Source of the DNA: Podarcis pityusensis
Taxonomy: Eukaryota
Direction: 5' to 3' (one strand)
Length of the DNA stretch: 64,000 nt
Assembly (NCBI GenBank): GCA_964106645.2
Contig: OZ067038.1
The notes below the pieces were generated by a model that was not told the origin of the DNA, searched no databases, and worked only from the letters and a program-made list of their open reading frames with translations. Below, piece by piece: positions 63,401 through 64,000 of this stretch. Positions within the stretch are counted from its first letter, which is position 1; each line of letters begins with the position of its first letter. Both the position numbers and the translations under genes were made by a program.

Positions 63401-64000
63401 CTTCGACCACCACCAACCGGAGCAGGCCCGAAAAATCCTTGAAGGCGATCCGGAACCGGCCAACGCCTACCACGGGAATGTCGTTTCCCTGGTAGTCTCT
63501 CAGGTGTACGCGGTGAGAGTCGAGTTGCCTTTTGGACACTCTGGGTACCAGTCTTTTGATGGTGCTCCATGACACGATGGACAGGGCAGACCCGGTGTCG
63601 ATCTCCATGTCACATGGAGCTCCTTCAGTGAGCACCGTGACGTTCAGCTTGCGTCGCGTAGGCGAGTCGGTTTGGCCAATCGTGGTTCCAGACGGGCAGC
63701 GGCAGTTGGTGAGAGCGAAACAACTTTCCTTGGCAGACTGGAGTGAAGACTTGGACTTGCGAGTCGATGAAGGGGGGGTGTCAGACGGAGCCGATCGGCA
63801 GACCTTAGCGATGTGGCCCCTTCTGGAACACTTCCTACAGATGGCGTCTCTGAATCGACACTTGGCACGGGAATGGTTGCCTCCGCAGCCAGCACATTCC
63901 GGTTGGCCCTTGGACTTCTGTTGGAACTTCCTGCGCTCCCGCTTTGTCTGGTGCACGTCATCGTCTTCACTGGAGGATGCCTCCTCACTGCTGGCCTCTT
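60462..64000 (-). CDS. Gag-Pol polyprotein (zinc knuckles, protease, RT, RNase H, integrase), 5'-partial
   Basis: Two Cys/His knuckles (CAGCGGNHSRAKC, CRKCSRRGHIAKVC); protease DTGSA; RT YFDD; RNase H CDAS...DALSR; integrase HHCC plus D,D,E (HIDLAGP, SDNGPQF, QAERMV). Order is PR-RT-RH-IN. The frame stays open upstream of the tracked GTG to the window edge (EASSEEASSSEDDD). Confidence 0.96.
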   Translation of the reverse strand, partial: EASSEEASSSEDDDVHQTKRERRKFQQKSKGQPECAGCGGNHSRAKCRFRDAICRKCSRRGHIAKVCRSAPSDTPPSSTRKSKSSLQSAKESCFALTNCRCPSGTTIGQTDSPTRRKLNVTVLTEGAPCDMEIDTGSALSIVSWSTIKRLVPRVSKRQLDSHRVHLRDYQGNDIPVVGVGRFRIAFKDFSGLLRLVVVEGQRPSLLGLDWFDALGLEVTGINCISNAETEGLVKDFAEVFDGTLGQYTGTPISFSLDPQVAPIKLKPRRVPFALKAKVDEQLDKLIAQGVLEPVDHAKWETPIVTPVKPDGSVRICADYKCTINKALQQHAYPVPVVQHLLHSLGEGKVFAKLDLAQAYQQLPVDDATAEAQTIVTHRGAFRCRRLQFGVSVAPGIFQSLMERLLQGLLGVVPYFDDVLVSADSHQQLFERLRAVLTRFQEAGLKVKRDKCQIAVPQVEFLGYLIDASGLHPTTSKIRAIQQAPTPKNKTELQAFLGLLNFYNMFLPHKATVAEPLHRLLSTKTPWAWGHRETAAFNAVKALLSSDSVLVQYSESRPLVLACDASPFGIGAVLSHRFPDGREAPLAYFSRTLSPTERNYSQLDKEALALVAGVKRFHEYLYGRTFDLITDHKPLLGLLAGDRPTPPVLSPRMLRWTVFLAAYHYRLIHRPGKSMGHADALSRCPLPAFVEDPAPASSLLLIEDLPAAPVSAATVASASAQDRTISRVLNWVWRGWPQGPVASEFQPFATRQHELSAHRGCLLWGDRVVIPQGLRQRVLEALHVGHPGIVKMKALARCYVWWPNMDDAITAWVSACQACQESRPAPPAAKGHTWETPKTPWSRVHIDLAGPFHGRTFMVVVDAYSKWLEVALMPSTTTEAVIRVLRGLFATHGCPDVLVSDNGPQFTSGTFERYLLGLGIRHALTAPFHPSSNGQAERMVRSTKEALARLDRGDWHERVAEYLFVQHITPHAATGRSPAELLMGRRLRSPLDRLHPDFAVAEPPGCANAPRSFVPGNQVFARNYVGDIPWVPATVVGVTGPRSYQVALEDGRLWRRHIDQLRRRVGDLDTTEVPPTALAAPEETRTDGEAPPTPPSQAASVEPNQAVSEQTQTTPLAEAPPTAADPGELVPTPPRVAPQPQRELCGPPDLATSPRRSGRVSKRPTYLKDYVVGQVSLLV

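Larger units (their letters stand above)
60083..64000 (-). mobile_element. Gypsy/Metaviridae (Mag-like) LTR retrotransposon, 3' portion; continues beyond the window
   Basis: Uninterrupted gag-pol, PPT, and a 3' LTR with TGTTA...TAACA termini. Confidence 0.95.

Noticed and set aside
60500-63988. Many overlapping ORFs within the Gypsy element, and similar ones within MPEG1 and DTX4 exon 2
   Set aside because: Shadow ORFs expected in GC-rich coding sequence.

Overview
Eukaryotic (vertebrate) genomic DNA. The repeat content (BovB, L2, CR1-tailed tRNA SINE, Penelope remnants, Tigger/hAT MITEs) points to a squamate, most likely a lacertid lizard; this is inferred, not proven. Two host genes lie tail-to-tail. 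(1) MPEG1/perforin-2 is an intronless 716-aa CDS on + (11483-13633). (2) DTX4 (WWE-WWE-RING-DTC E3 ligase) has 9 coding exons on - (56123 down to 20450; 1911 nt, 636 aa, all phases reconciled by hand), one GC-AG intron and a CpG-island promoter. The right end holds a young Gypsy/Metaviridae (Mag-like) LTR retrotransposon with an uninterrupted gag-pol ORF running off the window, a PPT and a 266-bp 3' LTR, nested in an older LTR and pointing at the DTX4 promoter. The rest is intron or intergenic DNA dense in TEs. No clearly new biological system is demonstrable. The best leads are a perfect 132-bp Penelope-type palindrome folded at a hammerhead-like motif, degenerate hammerhead ribozyme motifs, the nested intact retrotransposon, interlocking MPEG1/DTX4 poly(A) signals, and two immune-type enhancer motif clusters. 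Nearly all other ORFs in the track are spurious.
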